Assembly: GCA_964035545.1 (NCBI GenBank)
Contig: CAXIUT010000097.1
Span: 434,001 to 498,000 of the forward strand
DNA from: Bugula neritina
Taxonomy: Eukaryota; Animalia; Bryozoa
Reading direction: 5' to 3'
Length of the DNA stretch: 64,000 nucleotides
This document shows positions 63,651 through 64,000 of this stretch, piece after piece. A program made the position numbers and the translations under genes. Below the pieces are notes generated by a model. The model had not been told where the DNA came from and ran no database searches. It saw only the letters and a list, made by a program, of their open reading frames with translations. The stretch's first letter is position 1. Each line of letters begins with the position of its first letter.

Positions 63651-64000
63651 AATGCACTGTAACATATTGAAATACACTGCAACACATTGAAATATACTGC
63701 AACATACCTAATTATACGGTAATATACCAAAATATACTGTAACACATCGAAAAATACTGCAACATACTGAAATACACTGCAACACACCGAAAAACACTGA
63801 AAATACTGTAACACACTGAAATATACTGCAAAATACTGAAATATACTGCAAAATACTGAAATACACTGCTACATACTGAAATATACTGCAACACACCGCA
63901 ACATACTGCAACATACTAAAGTATACTGCAACATACTGAAATACACTGCAAAATACTAAAATACACTATAACATACTGAAATATACTGCAACATACTGAA

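Larger units (their letters stand above)
1..64000. repeat. Tandem satellite array, 10-bp monomer / 20-bp dimer (ACATACTGAA ATAYACTGCA), about 6400 monomers; runs off both window ends
   Basis: Every 10-nt block is a variant of ACATACTGCA, ACATACTGAA, ATATACTGCA or ATACACTGYA. Column register holds for kilobases, orientation never flips, and no non-repeat sequence is visible. Confidence 0.99.

Noticed and set aside
389-63914. Several hundred minus-strand ORFs of 60-252 aa rich in C/Y/V/S/F/Q
   Set aside because: They overlap in all three frames with the same periodic peptide, the 10/20-bp period is not a multiple of 3, stops come from monomer variants (CTA/TCA/TTA on the plus strand), and there are no recognisable domains.
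1-64000. CRISPR array or diversity-cassette system with M1/M2 as repeats
   Set aside because: No unique spacers, leader, cas, recombinase or reverse transcriptase genes; sequence between the motifs is the same satellite.
1-64000. Telomerase-type telomeric repeat
   Set aside because: No G-run motif on either strand, and kb-scale HORs with inherited variants indicate recombinational amplification. A subtelomeric location cannot be excluded.
1-64000. Identity with known short satellites (Drosophila AATAC or AATAACATAG, Parascaris TTGCA pentamer, human HSat2/3 CATTC)
   Set aside because: Only pentamer-level coincidences (AATAC, TGCAA); the 10/20-bp unit matches none of them, so no organism or DNA-elimination role can be assigned.
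1-64000. Mobile element insertion or strand inversion
   Set aside because: No foreign sequence, terminal inverted repeats, target-site duplications or reverse-complement monomers (CAGTATGTTG) were seen.
1-64000. Synthetic or purely artefactual low-complexity sequence
   Set aside because: Nested, phylogenetically consistent variants and copy-specific substitutions fit natural array evolution, although exact HOR copy numbers still need read validation.

Overview
The whole 64 kb window is one uninterrupted, single-orientation tandem satellite array. I see no unique sequence, transposon, RNA gene or credible protein-coding gene. The basic unit is a 10-bp monomer made of two pentamer classes (TGCAA/TGAAA/TGTAA/TGCTA plus CATAC/TATAC/TACAC/CACAC/AATAC), usually paired as a 20-bp dimer (consensus ACATACTGAAATAYACTGCA; about 45% A, about 10% G, 30-35% GC). 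Dimers build 120/140-bp blocks. Blocks build roughly 0.7-1.6 kb modules marked by two related TACC...GGT motifs. Modules build young higher-order repeats (HORs) with periods of 2612, 3390, 2192, 4378 and 4711 bp, plus dispersed duplications 3.5-15 kb apart. Almost all departures from the 10-bp register come from three recurring indel alleles (+2, -1, -3). The several hundred minus-strand ORFs are artefacts of a stop-free repeat. The most likely context is eukaryotic heterochromatic, possibly centromeric, satellite, but that is inference and I cannot name the family or organism. I found no evidence of a new gene system; the interest lies in the repeat architecture. All counts and identities were read by eye or derived from ORF-track offsets and are approximate.
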